Below are positions 21,929 to 31,530 of a stretch of DNA of 64,000 nt, in pieces (position 1 is the stretch's first letter; each line of letters begins with the position of its first letter). The position numbers and the translations under genes were made by a program. This DNA comes from Dudresnaya verticillata (lineage: Eukaryota), in NCBI GenBank assembly GCA_977862235.1, contig OZ374557.1:3906001-3970000 (forward strand), read 5' to 3'. The notes beneath the pieces were generated by a model. The model had not been told where the DNA came from, ran no database searches, and worked only from the letters and a program-made list of their open reading frames with translations.

Positions 21929-23014
21929 ATGGCTGTGGGGTCTCAACGAGGGCATGAAGAGGACCTGCCGGACTCGCAGGCTATTCTTTGGGGCGGAAGA
22001 CCCCACGTTTTTATTGCTGGTGGTCTAACTTTTCTCGGTAGGAATCTCATTCCGGCCTTACTAAAGGCTGGGTATGGGGTAAGGTCGATGGCAATAACCA
22101 TAGAGAAGAGAAACAAGCTGAGATCTCTAGGATGCACCTCCGTTGGACATGGTGATCCACACTCATTCGAGGCAATCAAATCTGCTGCCAAAGGGTGCCA
22201 GTATGCAGTACATTGTGCGACGGCATTTGTGCACTATGATGTTTCTCACAATGATATCGTGTTTCAGTCAAACAGTCTAGTTACTTCAAACATTATCAGA
22301 GCTTGCAAGGCACTCAGGATCATGAAGCTCGTACTACAAAGCTCTGAAGCAGTGCTCTATGACGGAGGCGCGTTGCAAAACGTGGCCGAGACTTATCCCA
22401 TCCCGAAAGATGCTACCTCATCCTGTTCAAGAAGTTTGCAAAATGTTGAACAACTGGTCCTGGACGCAAATTGTGCCACTCTCAAAACCGTTGTTGTGAG
22501 ACCGCGTCTGTTGTGGGGGTCCGATGATGAGCATTTCTTACCGTCCATATTGAGGAATGCAACTTCGGGGCAACTGAGACTTGTAGGACAAGGGAAACAT
22601 TTAACGAGCACGTGTCATGTCTCCAACGCATGTGAGGGGATCATTTGCGCTCTGAAAGCAGCTGTTGAGGGCCAAGTGTTTTTCCTAACAGATGGCGCTC
22701 CTGTCCTCTTTGTCGAGTTTTTGCATGATCTCTTGACAGCCTGCAGGGTTGAAAACACAGAGCAGGTCTTGAGTCGATCTATCCCGTTGTGGTTGGCTCG
22801 CAGGCTCGGCCAAGTGGCGGAGCTGCTCGGCAAACAACTCAACTCGACTCCCCAAATCACTCAGTCAGGTATCGGACTAATCGGGCAGGAAATGACATTT
22901 AATGATAACAAAGCACGTGAGCTTATCGGGTTCAAAAGTACCACAACGATTGCACAAGGTCTAGAGGACATACGGCACAGGTACCTGGATGTCACAAAGA
23001 AACATGAAATCTGA
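21929..23014 (+). CDS. Extended SDR (3-beta-HSD/epimerase-like) with degenerate catalytic motif
   Basis: VFIAGGLTFLG, SSEAVLYDG, VVVRPRLLWG, HLTSTCHVSN and FFLTDG match the family. The YxxxK position reads CSRSL. Alternative ATG at 21815. Confidence 0.8.
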   Translation: MAVGSQRGHEEDLPDSQAILWGGRPHVFIAGGLTFLGRNLIPALLKAGYGVRSMAITIEKRNKLRSLGCTSVGHGDPHSFEAIKSAAKGCQYAVHCATAFVHYDVSHNDIVFQSNSLVTSNIIRACKALRIMKLVLQSSEAVLYDGGALQNVAETYPIPKDATSSCSRSLQNVEQLVLDANCATLKTVVVRPRLLWGSDDEHFLPSILRNATSGQLRLVGQGKHLTSTCHVSNACEGIICALKAAVEGQVFFLTDGAPVLFVEFLHDLLTACRVENTEQVLSRSIPLWLARRLGQVAELLGKQLNSTPQITQSGIGLIGQEMTFNDNKARELIGFKSTTTIAQGLEDIRHRYLDVTKKHEI

Positions 23015-23487
23015 AGGTCTTCGTGCAAACCGCTCGGCGACTGTTCATGAAACAGTTTGTGACTCTTTATCACTATAGCGCTCTCTCACCATAACTTTCA
23101 GAAACCTGGACAATGCTGCTCCATTGTTGATATGTTTGTGTCCGTGGCCAAAACGATTATGTCATGCTTTTGACGGCTTTCGTAATAGCGCTGTCGAGAA
23201 AGGCTGGGAATTGACATGTCGCTTCAGAACCGCAATTGCAAGACTCCATTGTTAAGTGTTCTGCCTTATAATATGACGACGCAAGTATAGCAAGATTGCT
23301 AAGCGGGAGCACAGACAGTATGGTGAACTTCTAGACTCCTTATTGCGGTCGGATTGCACCCATTGCTATGCAATGAACCCGAACTCGAATAAATGTGTGT
23401 GCTGATAACCCAGATGTGGCGAGAATGCAGTTTTATGAAACGAAGCCAACTGGACGCTACTCAACCTTACAGCAATTTGCGACTGAG

Positions 23488-24040
23488 CTATTTGTAGCGG
23501 ACTTCGCAGACGATGTAGACGCGAGAAAGAGGGGGAAAAAATGGTTGCCAGGTTAGCAGCTGTACATTGGCACGACGAAACTTCGTTCGCAGTCGCAAAT
23601 AGAGCATACGTACATGTAATCCTTCCCTTCGTGAGGTCATACGGCGAAAGCTCGCAGCGAACCCTGTCACCTACAAGGATTTTGATGAAATTCTTCCTTA
23701 TCTTTCCAGAGATATGGCCAAGGATGACAGCCTTGTTCTCAAGCTGCACACGGAACATGGCGCTCGGCAAACTCTCTGTGACGACTCCGTCGATTGCAAT
23801 GGTGGTGGCCATCGGATCTGCCTCGCCCTCTGTGGCGGTGGGCTTATCCTTCTGCTGCTGGCGCTGGTTCTTCCCTCTTCGGCCTCCTCCTGCGCGCCCG
23901 GCCTTCATCACCACCCGTTGCTGTGGTGCCACCGGACAGGTAGACGCAGTAGGACAGGTTGAGAGAGGGGAAACGCCGAGCCAAGGAGACGAAGCACAGA
24001 ATGCGACTGAGACAGAGGGAGACTGTCTTTTTGACCCCAT
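23488..24040 (-). CDS. infA: Nuclear-encoded plastid translation initiation factor IF-1; exons 24040-23614 and 23501-23488
   Basis: [52 protein letters not shown]. Intron 23613-23502 (GTACGT...GCTAAC...AAG) completes the C-terminus as FRYK*. Ser/Cys-rich transit peptide. Confidence 0.93.
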
Positions 24041-25204
24041 TGTGTCGGAGCTCAGGGTAACTATGCAAGCGGCGGGGCTGTGCAGGTGTTCGAGCTGTCG
24101 GTAAACGAACTTCTGTGGATGAAGACTTATTGAACGTGGCGATTGTGCAGACTTGTTGAGTAGGTGCAATACTTGTGGAAGAGGTGAGGCGACTAGGTAA
24201 GGGCTCGTTCCACTGGCAATATTGCTGGCAATTGCTCGGCGGTTCGGCAAACCAAAGCGAGAAGGGCAATGAGGCAGCCACGGTTTTCAAGATGAAGGGT
24301 GGACGTCCTCGACGGTGGCGTCGCGTTTTTGGTTGGGGAGATTGAACAATGCCCCAGCTCCTCGCATGATCATTGGAGCGCAGATCCGCTTGATGCTGTG
24401 AACAAACACCTCTGGGTCGCATATCTTTCCTAATTAGTCAATATATTTGACATATTTTCGGGAGAAACTCGTTAGCCGGGAGGACGACCACACTCGTGGC
24501 AATTGGCGAGCAGAGGCCTCTGCTTGGTGCGCTTGAGAGCAATTACTTTCGGGTAGTACAAATTAGCCCATCAGCCGAGATTTACAGCCCACCGTGCTGT
24601 AAATCGCCAGAAGCTGTGCAGCAATGAACACATTTTTCCCTTTTCAAAACTGCGCCAGCGCGGCGACATTTCGTGCCACGTTCAAAATTTCAAGTGAGTC
24701 TCATCAACGCTCCGCTCCCGCCACTTCGCGCCCGAACATATGCCAAGCGCCGCGTTCCTCCCCATTCCGCACCGTAACGGTCAGCTTCCATGACAAACGT
24801 TCGGCTTCACGTGTGCTGCTCCGCACACAGCTCATGAAGGACTTCGTTCGGCTGCAGTACTCGACGCTATGCCAAAGCGGGCAATTTCAACGGGCCTTTC
24901 TTGTGGCTGGACTACTTTTCCGCCCTGCCGTGCACCGCTTGAGAGAGGCTGACCGCCCACAACCGCCCCCGGCTCTTCTTTGCTCTCTTCAGGAAGACAG
25001 ACCTCTTGGTGGTCCGCTTAGGAGAGACGACTTCCCCTCAATACCAGAAGCGGGCCACGCCTTCGAAATCGCGAAGAACACCCACATCGAGCATTCTCAC
25101 CCCCGAACGAGTAACCGCAGAGCAGTCTTGCTTCTTGAGGAGTGAAGTGGATCCCTGCAACTAACTATTGGCGGGCCCCTGCCGACAGACTTCGAGACAC
25201 CCCA

Positions 25205-26638
25205 ATGGAGCCCCATTCCGCTTCCGCGTCGCGTGCGTATCGCCGCACCAGTACTACATCGAGCTCCGTTTCTACTGTGGGTCGCTTCCGCTCCGCCGCC
25301 AACTCAGAGCGCCTGCGCCCCCCGCAGCGCACCCCAACTTTTTCGCGCTATCGCAATCCCATCAACTATGACGACGAATCCGTCAATTCCGAAATTCATG
25401 ATGCCGCGGCACCAAGGTATCAAGACGAGGAGTCCACGTCAAGTCGTTTGTTCAGCGCCAGTAGGATCAGGGGTCGCTTCGCGAAGAGTGCTGCGAAAAG
25501 TGCACCACGGGGTGCTGATAGGAGCTTCCGAACTCCGGATCGCCAGCTGAAGACACTGGACAGGCAGTTCAGAACGCCGGACCGCACAGATTCGCGTGTT
25601 GACCGCGGTCAATTCTCTGCCTCCTATCGCTCCCGAATGCATGAAGCTGAGCGGGAGCTGGACACGGATATTATTGAGAAAACCCCTGCTAAGGAGAAGA
25701 ATGATGAATGGCTTGAAAGCCTTGGCTTCGATCTTGCCGTGTTGAAGCTCTCTTCTCACACGAAAGAGGATGCTGAGAACCGACATCCGAACATTACCCC
25801 GCCCCGATTCGCGGCCAATGCGTACGACAAAGCACTATCGAAGCAAGCATCCCCTCTCCCAGCTGAAATGCCGCTGGCTTTGCGTTATGAGGATGACTCC
25901 TCTGAGACTATCCCAGTCCCCAGTGAATCTGCTCCAGCCCTGACCGAGTCTACAGAGTTCTCTGACGAGACATCAGATGTGATCACTCGCAATACGCCTC
26001 GGCGTTCTTTCATCCCTGAGTACAATCACCGTAATCCGTCTTCCTCGGCATTTGAGAGAGGGGACAAGGGAGTCGGCAAACCAGGAATGTACAGGCGTCA
26101 CACTGACTTGCACTTTGGTACTGCCTCCACCACGACGCAGGATACGGCTCCCGATTCCATGACACCATCTCGCGTGCGTTCCGCAAGGAAGAGCAGGAGG
26201 GCGTCTGCGAGAGTTTCAAGCCGAGAGCTGCGCGGAATTTTTGAGGCACAGGAGGGGGGCGGAGCGGTGCTCGCAGCGGAGCCGGATATTGTGGGAACGC
26301 GGCAGAGCGCGCGGAGGTCCCTGGCCAGAAGGTCGATGCGGCTGGAAGACATGGAGCAGGTGGCGGGTGTCGCGGGCAATGTGCAGCCAAAAGGCGCGAC
26401 TGTTATGCTTTCACCTGTGCGGGCGTCCAAGCAGCAGCTGGATGCTCTCGGTGCTAACACGGTTGTGACGCCAGTGCGACGTTCATTGCGCATCAGCCAA
26501 CGACACATGCCGGCAGTGCGGTTCCCCAACGTGGCCGAGGAGAACGCTCAGCGGCTAGACTCTGCAAACTATGCGTACGTGCCGAACCATAGCATGAAAG
26601 ATATGCTGGACAACGAGCCGAAGACGCCACTCCGTTGA
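25205..26638 (+). CDS. Disordered protein rich in S/T-P sites, with a CKAP2-like C-terminal motif
   Basis: 477-aa ORF with many S/TP-x-R sites and C-terminal VTPVRRSLR...YAYVPN. Confidence 0.65.
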   Translation: MEPHSASASRAYRRTSTTSSSVSTVGRFRSAANSERLRPPQRTPTFSRYRNPINYDDESVNSEIHDAAAPRYQDEESTSSRLFSASRIRGRFAKSAAKSAPRGADRSFRTPDRQLKTLDRQFRTPDRTDSRVDRGQFSASYRSRMHEAERELDTDIIEKTPAKEKNDEWLESLGFDLAVLKLSSHTKEDAENRHPNITPPRFAANAYDKALSKQASPLPAEMPLALRYEDDSSETIPVPSESAPALTESTEFSDETSDVITRNTPRRSFIPEYNHRNPSSSAFERGDKGVGKPGMYRRHTDLHFGTASTTTQDTAPDSMTPSRVRSARKSRRASARVSSRELRGIFEAQEGGGAVLAAEPDIVGTRQSARRSLARRSMRLEDMEQVAGVAGNVQPKGATVMLSPVRASKQQLDALGANTVVTPVRRSLRISQRHMPAVRFPNVAEENAQRLDSANYAYVPNHSMKDMLDNEPKTPLR

Positions 26639-27525
26639 GCAATTGGTGGAGTTGTTTTGGGTGTGACCCCCACTGCGTCGCCCCATGAATCGTTGTTCCG
26701 GGTTCAGGACAGGGCGCTTGTGGCGGACTGGTGAAGCGTATTCGAACTGGGAAGCCTTTTTTGGGCTAAATAGCGGTTCTCATGATATCTGGGAGCGGTA
26801 ATCAAAGAAGCTAGTGCGGCTAGTCTTCTGCGTGCCTTCTGCGTGCTCCTTCCGTTGTTGCTTTCCGTTGTGGACGTGGTAAAACAGAAAGCCCAGCTCT
26901 GAAGCTAGGGCCTGCTCTTATGCTCTGATTGGTCTCTCTCCCACATTTTGCGCCTCTTACTTGATGTGGAAGTCGAGCACTTGCATGCTACGCTCGCGTC
27001 CTTGATGCACTTCCGTCTTTTTGCAGTGCCGGCAGATTTCAGCGAGCGGACTATTCGGCGGACAGCACGAGATGGCGAAAGGCTTGCGGTTGGCGCGCCC
27101 TGTTACAGAACTTCTGTCTTCCCGCCTGTGATGCGACCCGAGGACACATGTGTCGCTCAAACACTGCTTCTGGCCCCCGTAATGGCGGGATAGTCCTCTC
27201 CCACAGTAAAAAGCTTCCACGAAGCGATGCAGCAGCAGCGATGGCAATTCATTTTGATACCTGTTTTGGTTTGTGTTTTGGTTGGTGTTTTGCGGGGGTT
27301 GGCAGAATCATCATGCCGCAGCAGCGCCCACCTGCAACTCCAAATGGCCAGTCCTCTGTCGTGCTGAGGCTTATCCACCACGCGTGACTTGTCGGCGGAA
27401 AGCACTCGGGTCGCTCAGCCGGACCGATTATTCCCTGTGAGTGCTTAACGCGTTGCGGCTTTGATTTGAGAGCCGCTACTGCTGTCTACCACATCTCGCT
27501 TCGGATTTGTGTGCAACGCGCCAGA

Positions 27526-28008
27526 ATGTCCTTTCTGTGGACGGCGGTATCCGTGCTTCTCGGATTTGAACTGGTCGTGCTGCTCGCGTTGTGCGCGCCG
27601 TTGCCATGGGGCGTGCGGAAGAATATCTCACGCTGGATCTTCCGAGTGCGAGCGCAGGAACGAATGGATGCCATGTTTAAGTACGTGCTTTTTGGCCTCG
27701 TGCTGGCCTTTGCGGAAAGTGTGCACTCGTTGCGAACGCTCCACATTCGACGTGAGTTTCAAAGCAAGGACGGGGAACCCACGGATGCTGCGCTACAGCT
27801 CGCAGCAGTGCAGGACTTCCGATGGCAGAAGGCGCGAGCAGAGCGCAACCTGTACCTCGCGAGCTTTGCAATAACCGCTATAATTGTGATCGCAAGACTT
27901 ATCAAGCTTGCATGGATAGAAGTGAATCTCAGAGACAAAATTAAGCGTTACAATGGGAACAAGCCTTTAACTGAAACCGGAGATACAATTGATGTCAAAG
28001 ACGAGTGA
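27526..28008 (+). CDS. BAP31: BAP29/BAP31-family ER membrane protein
   Basis: Three hydrophobic segments with LCAPLP and RAERNLYLASF motifs. Confidence 0.85.
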   Translation: MSFLWTAVSVLLGFELVVLLALCAPLPWGVRKNISRWIFRVRAQERMDAMFKYVLFGLVLAFAESVHSLRTLHIRREFQSKDGEPTDAALQLAAVQDFRWQKARAERNLYLASFAITAIIVIARLIKLAWIEVNLRDKIKRYNGNKPLTETGDTIDVKDE

Positions 28009-28136
28009 AGAGAAGGCCGACGGCGTGGGCAACGTAAATTAATATGGAAGAGTAAGCTAGGACTGTTAACTCAGGACGGCAATGCCCACGGAGTCATTGT
28101 TAGTGTTAAGCACTAAAGCTACATGAAAACTAGCTA

Positions 28137-29378
28137 CTACATACGGTTGGGTCCTTTTCTCCGCCGCCCAGATGGGGCGGCAACGGCAGGTCCTTGTGGC
28201 GCGTTTGAAATAACATACAGCGACCGCGCACATTGTTCCAACACGTGTTTCTCTGTTTCCGCGTACCACAATGGCTTGTCATCTGATCCTGCATCGAGAT
28301 CTTCGTCATCCAGCCCCTCCTCGTCGCATGCCAGCGACAAGCCCTCGTCTCTATAGTCGTTGTCTTCGTTCCCATTCATGAACAATGCACGACTCACGTT
28401 TCCTACATCCAGTCGCGGCATTCGGGACACGCTGGGTATAGCATCTGTTGCTGCGTCAGAAAAGAGTTTCAGGAGTAGCGCCGTATCTTTTTGCGCCTCG
28501 GTGACAATGCGATGGTCCAGTGCTTTTGCTGCTGCTGCCAGCATGTTTTGAGGATGATCTTCGTACACTTCCGAGGTCTCGTAATGCAGACCTCCTGGTG
28601 AGCCAATGTTCCCTAGTCGGGACTTTAGGGCTGGCCCCTTCTGAAACAGCACCCTCTTGGCCGGAGGTTCATGGAGCATTTGAAGATGATGACCAACCCG
28701 CTTCTGCGGCAACACGACACCTTCTGGTTTCACTGGGGCTGGTGCCAGAAGAGTTGCTTTCCGCGTAGCAGGGGACATGGTTCTATCAAAGTGCGGGAGT
28801 GCACCGGACCGAGCAGCGATGCCGCTTTGAGCGTTGTGGAAGTCAGCCGAGCCTTCGAAGTTGCGGCAGTTGACGCACTTGCAGAGCTCCGAACACAGGA
28901 CGCCCATTTGAAAACACTCGCAGTACCGCTTCAAGCAACCACTCTTGCGACAATTGCAGCCCTTATTGTGCTTCTCTCGTGCGCTGTTACTATCGCCGGG
29001 GCGTTTCCGCTTAACCTTGGGTTGGAAGGCGTTTGGGTTGCGCTCCAAAATTGCCTCAACGGCGAGACGCTTATCAGCGGGGAACTGACCATTATTGTGG
29101 CAGTTGCGACAGTTACAGTGCGGACCACAGGTGAGGTTCTTGGCGAAGCAGTCGCAATAGAGCTTGAGGCATTTGGAGTTTTTGCAATTGCAGCCCTTAT
29201 CGAAACGCGGTTCGACATCGTTATCGGATACAGGTGGGACAAGGGGAGACTCCTGATCGAGTCGCTGGACTAGGTTGTGTACAGGCTCGGTCGGAACTAA
29301 ACGCGGTGACGCATTGATGGCTGCATGCATGGCGGCGAATTGTTCAGCCTCTGCAGCCTGAATAAATGAGAACTCCAT
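28137..29378 (-). CDS. LIN54: Tesmin/TSO1-like CXC protein (LIN54 family, DREAM/MuvB)
   Basis: Two CXC domains ([16 protein letters not shown] and [17 protein letters not shown]) joined by the RNPNAFQPK hinge. The start may instead be the ATG at 29330. Confidence 0.9.
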   Translation of the reverse strand: MEFSFIQAAEAEQFAAMHAAINASPRLVPTEPVHNLVQRLDQESPLVPPVSDNDVEPRFDKGCNCKNSKCLKLYCDCFAKNLTCGPHCNCRNCHNNGQFPADKRLAVEAILERNPNAFQPKVKRKRPGDSNSAREKHNKGCNCRKSGCLKRYCECFQMGVLCSELCKCVNCRNFEGSADFHNAQSGIAARSGALPHFDRTMSPATRKATLLAPAPVKPEGVVLPQKRVGHHLQMLHEPPAKRVLFQKGPALKSRLGNIGSPGGLHYETSEVYEDHPQNMLAAAAKALDHRIVTEAQKDTALLLKLFSDAATDAIPSVSRMPRLDVGNVSRALFMNGNEDNDYRDEGLSLACDEEGLDDEDLDAGSDDKPLWYAETEKHVLEQCARSLYVISNAPQGPAVAAPSGRRRKGPNRM

Positions 29379-30144
29379 CGTGAATTTAGAGTCAGTACAA
29401 ACGATGACAGGTGGTAATGAGGCAGGAGGGAGGAAGTACAAACTCGAGGGAGGCAATGAAAAGAGTTGGAAGGCACTGAAATATAAACGATGAAGCGCTA
29501 ATGGTGACGAACCTGTTCTGCGGAACAGACGTGCAGTGGTGACGGCACGGGAGTATTCTTCGCGCTGTCGAGAGCGCCGGCGCTGTGCGGACAAGAGTGC
29601 GGACACACGAGACCAAAATCGCGGGAAATTCAATTGGGGCGAGAGGGTTGGCATCACGCGAGGGTAGGGAGCAAGTGTCGGCAAGGAAGAGTCAGCAAAG
29701 GCTCGGCGACGGGAGCGCAGTACAAAGGAATGGGTGCGAGGGGCAGAAGTGTGTTGGGTTCGTACGCTGCTAGAACGGCTAGACCGTCGGTGACGCGGTC
29801 CGGCATGGAGCGGGGTCGGCGGGGAGACAGGGCGTCGGCAAGTGCCATTCAAAGAAAGCCAGGGCTCCGGGTGACGATGGGGGCGCTGGCGGATGGGGAC
29901 GGTCTGTGGGCGATGGGGCTACGCGAGCGACAGCTCGGCGCGGCGGTCGGAGTGGGCGCCGGGTGAGCGGGAGAAGGAAGCACCGTACGCCGTGTGACAG
30001 CAGCAGCGGCAGGCGGCACAGGGCGGACCGGAAGGCAAAAGCGTAGTGGTTGCCGCACGGCGGGGCGTTCGCGCGGGGCGAGGTCGAAGGTGCGGAAAGC
30101 AGAGCGGGAGCGGGTGCGGTGGGGTGTGCGGGAGAGGCAGCAGG

Positions 30145-30331
30145 TTTGAAATTTAAAATATTTTGGCGACAACGTTGATGAGGTCACGTCGCGCGATCGC
30201 CGCTCAGGCCGCTTTGAACACGCTTCATCCAGCGCCAAAAGTTGAACTTTTTCTTTTGGCGGGATGCTGGCTCCCCAATCCCCCGCCGCCAAGTGGCGTC
30301 TATTGACACGTCGACTCGCACCGAATTCGAA
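30145..30331. promoter_or_regulatory. Cluster of CHR-like and E2F-like motifs between LIN54 and V-ATPase F
   Basis: TTTGAA at 30145 and 30213, TTTAAA at 30152, TTCGAA at 30326. TTTTGGCG at 30161, GCGCCAAA at 30232, TTTTGGCGGG at 30254. Confidence 0.5.
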
Positions 30332-30771
30332 ACTAGCTGTAATGCGCCTGTAATGGGCGGAAGAATGAGACGCCTCCCCGGCGCCGACGCGACCTGCTTC
30401 TGTGACGCAATTGGCGCACTTCTTGCACCACTGGCATCTGCGCCCCGATCGGGCCGAAAGGCTCCCTAGTTTGCCGGAACGGCGGGAGGCTCTCACTGTG
30501 AGCCAATCAGACAAATAGAAACACCATGAGACTGTAAGTGTCGGGGCATGCGCGTTCCTTCCACATTATTGTGTAAGCACGACGGCTACCGCTTCGACAC
30601 CCGCCATCCATCCCGCATCAGCTTCAAGTCCGTCTTTGTCGGTTAACACGCCTGTGCCGGACATCTTCTTCGACCTCATCATCACGAAGTCCCATCCTCC
30701 CAGCCGCCCCCCATCCGCTCACTCTCCACCACCCTCACGCCCGTACACACGCATACACATACACCGAAGCC

Positions 30772-31387
30772 ATGGCCAGAAGAGTTCTCAAGTCTCGTGA
30801 CGGAGGCTACCTCATCGCCGTCATCGGCGATGAGGACACCGCTACGGGATTCCTTCTTGCTGGCGTCGGCGAGAACCAAGCCTCCGGTTCCAATTACTTT
30901 GTCGTCGATCCGAGTATGTTTTAATCTGCGTCTACCTTCACCACTTCCGCCTCGACCTCAAGCTGCTTTCCGTGTCTCTAACCACGTCCGGGCATGACTT
31001 TTTGCAATTCATCCGTTTCTTTGCGCGCCCAGAGGAGACTCCGACCCAGGCTATCGAGGAAGCCTTCAAGAAACTCACGGATAGGGATGACATTGCTATC
31101 CTCCTCATCAACCAATACGTAAGTACAATGGTCTTGCAGGCGCATCGCAGTCGTCTACACCATCCCCAACTCGACCAACATCCCCGTCCTAACCAACTGC
31201 GATTGCTTTCTTCTGCCACACCTTTGCCCCCCGCGTGCAGATCGCCGACAAGATCCGACCAGCTGTCAGCAAGTTCAACGATGCCGTTCCAGCCATTCTG
31301 GAAATCCCCTCCAAGGAGCATCCGTACGATCCCTCAAAGGACTCCATTCTTCAACGAGTGCGAGGAATGCTTGGAGGTTCAAGCTAA
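30772..31387 (+). CDS. VHA-F: V-type H+-ATPase subunit F; exons 30772-30913, 31033-31118, 31241-31387
   Basis: Spliced product contains LIAVIGDEDTATGFLLAGVG, RDDIAILLINQYIADKIR and PAILEIPSKEHPYDPSKDSIL. Two GT-AG introns with CTAAC branch points. Confidence 0.95.
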
Positions 31388-31530
31388 GTCTCCAACACCG
31401 GCCGCCACTCTCACTGCTCCCTGTTAACCATCAAACCAAACTAGCTAACGATATTTTCAACACCTCACCAAAGCAATATGCCGCCGCATACCTTCATCCT
31501 ATCGTGCTGTGCCGCGCCCCTTACGTAACG

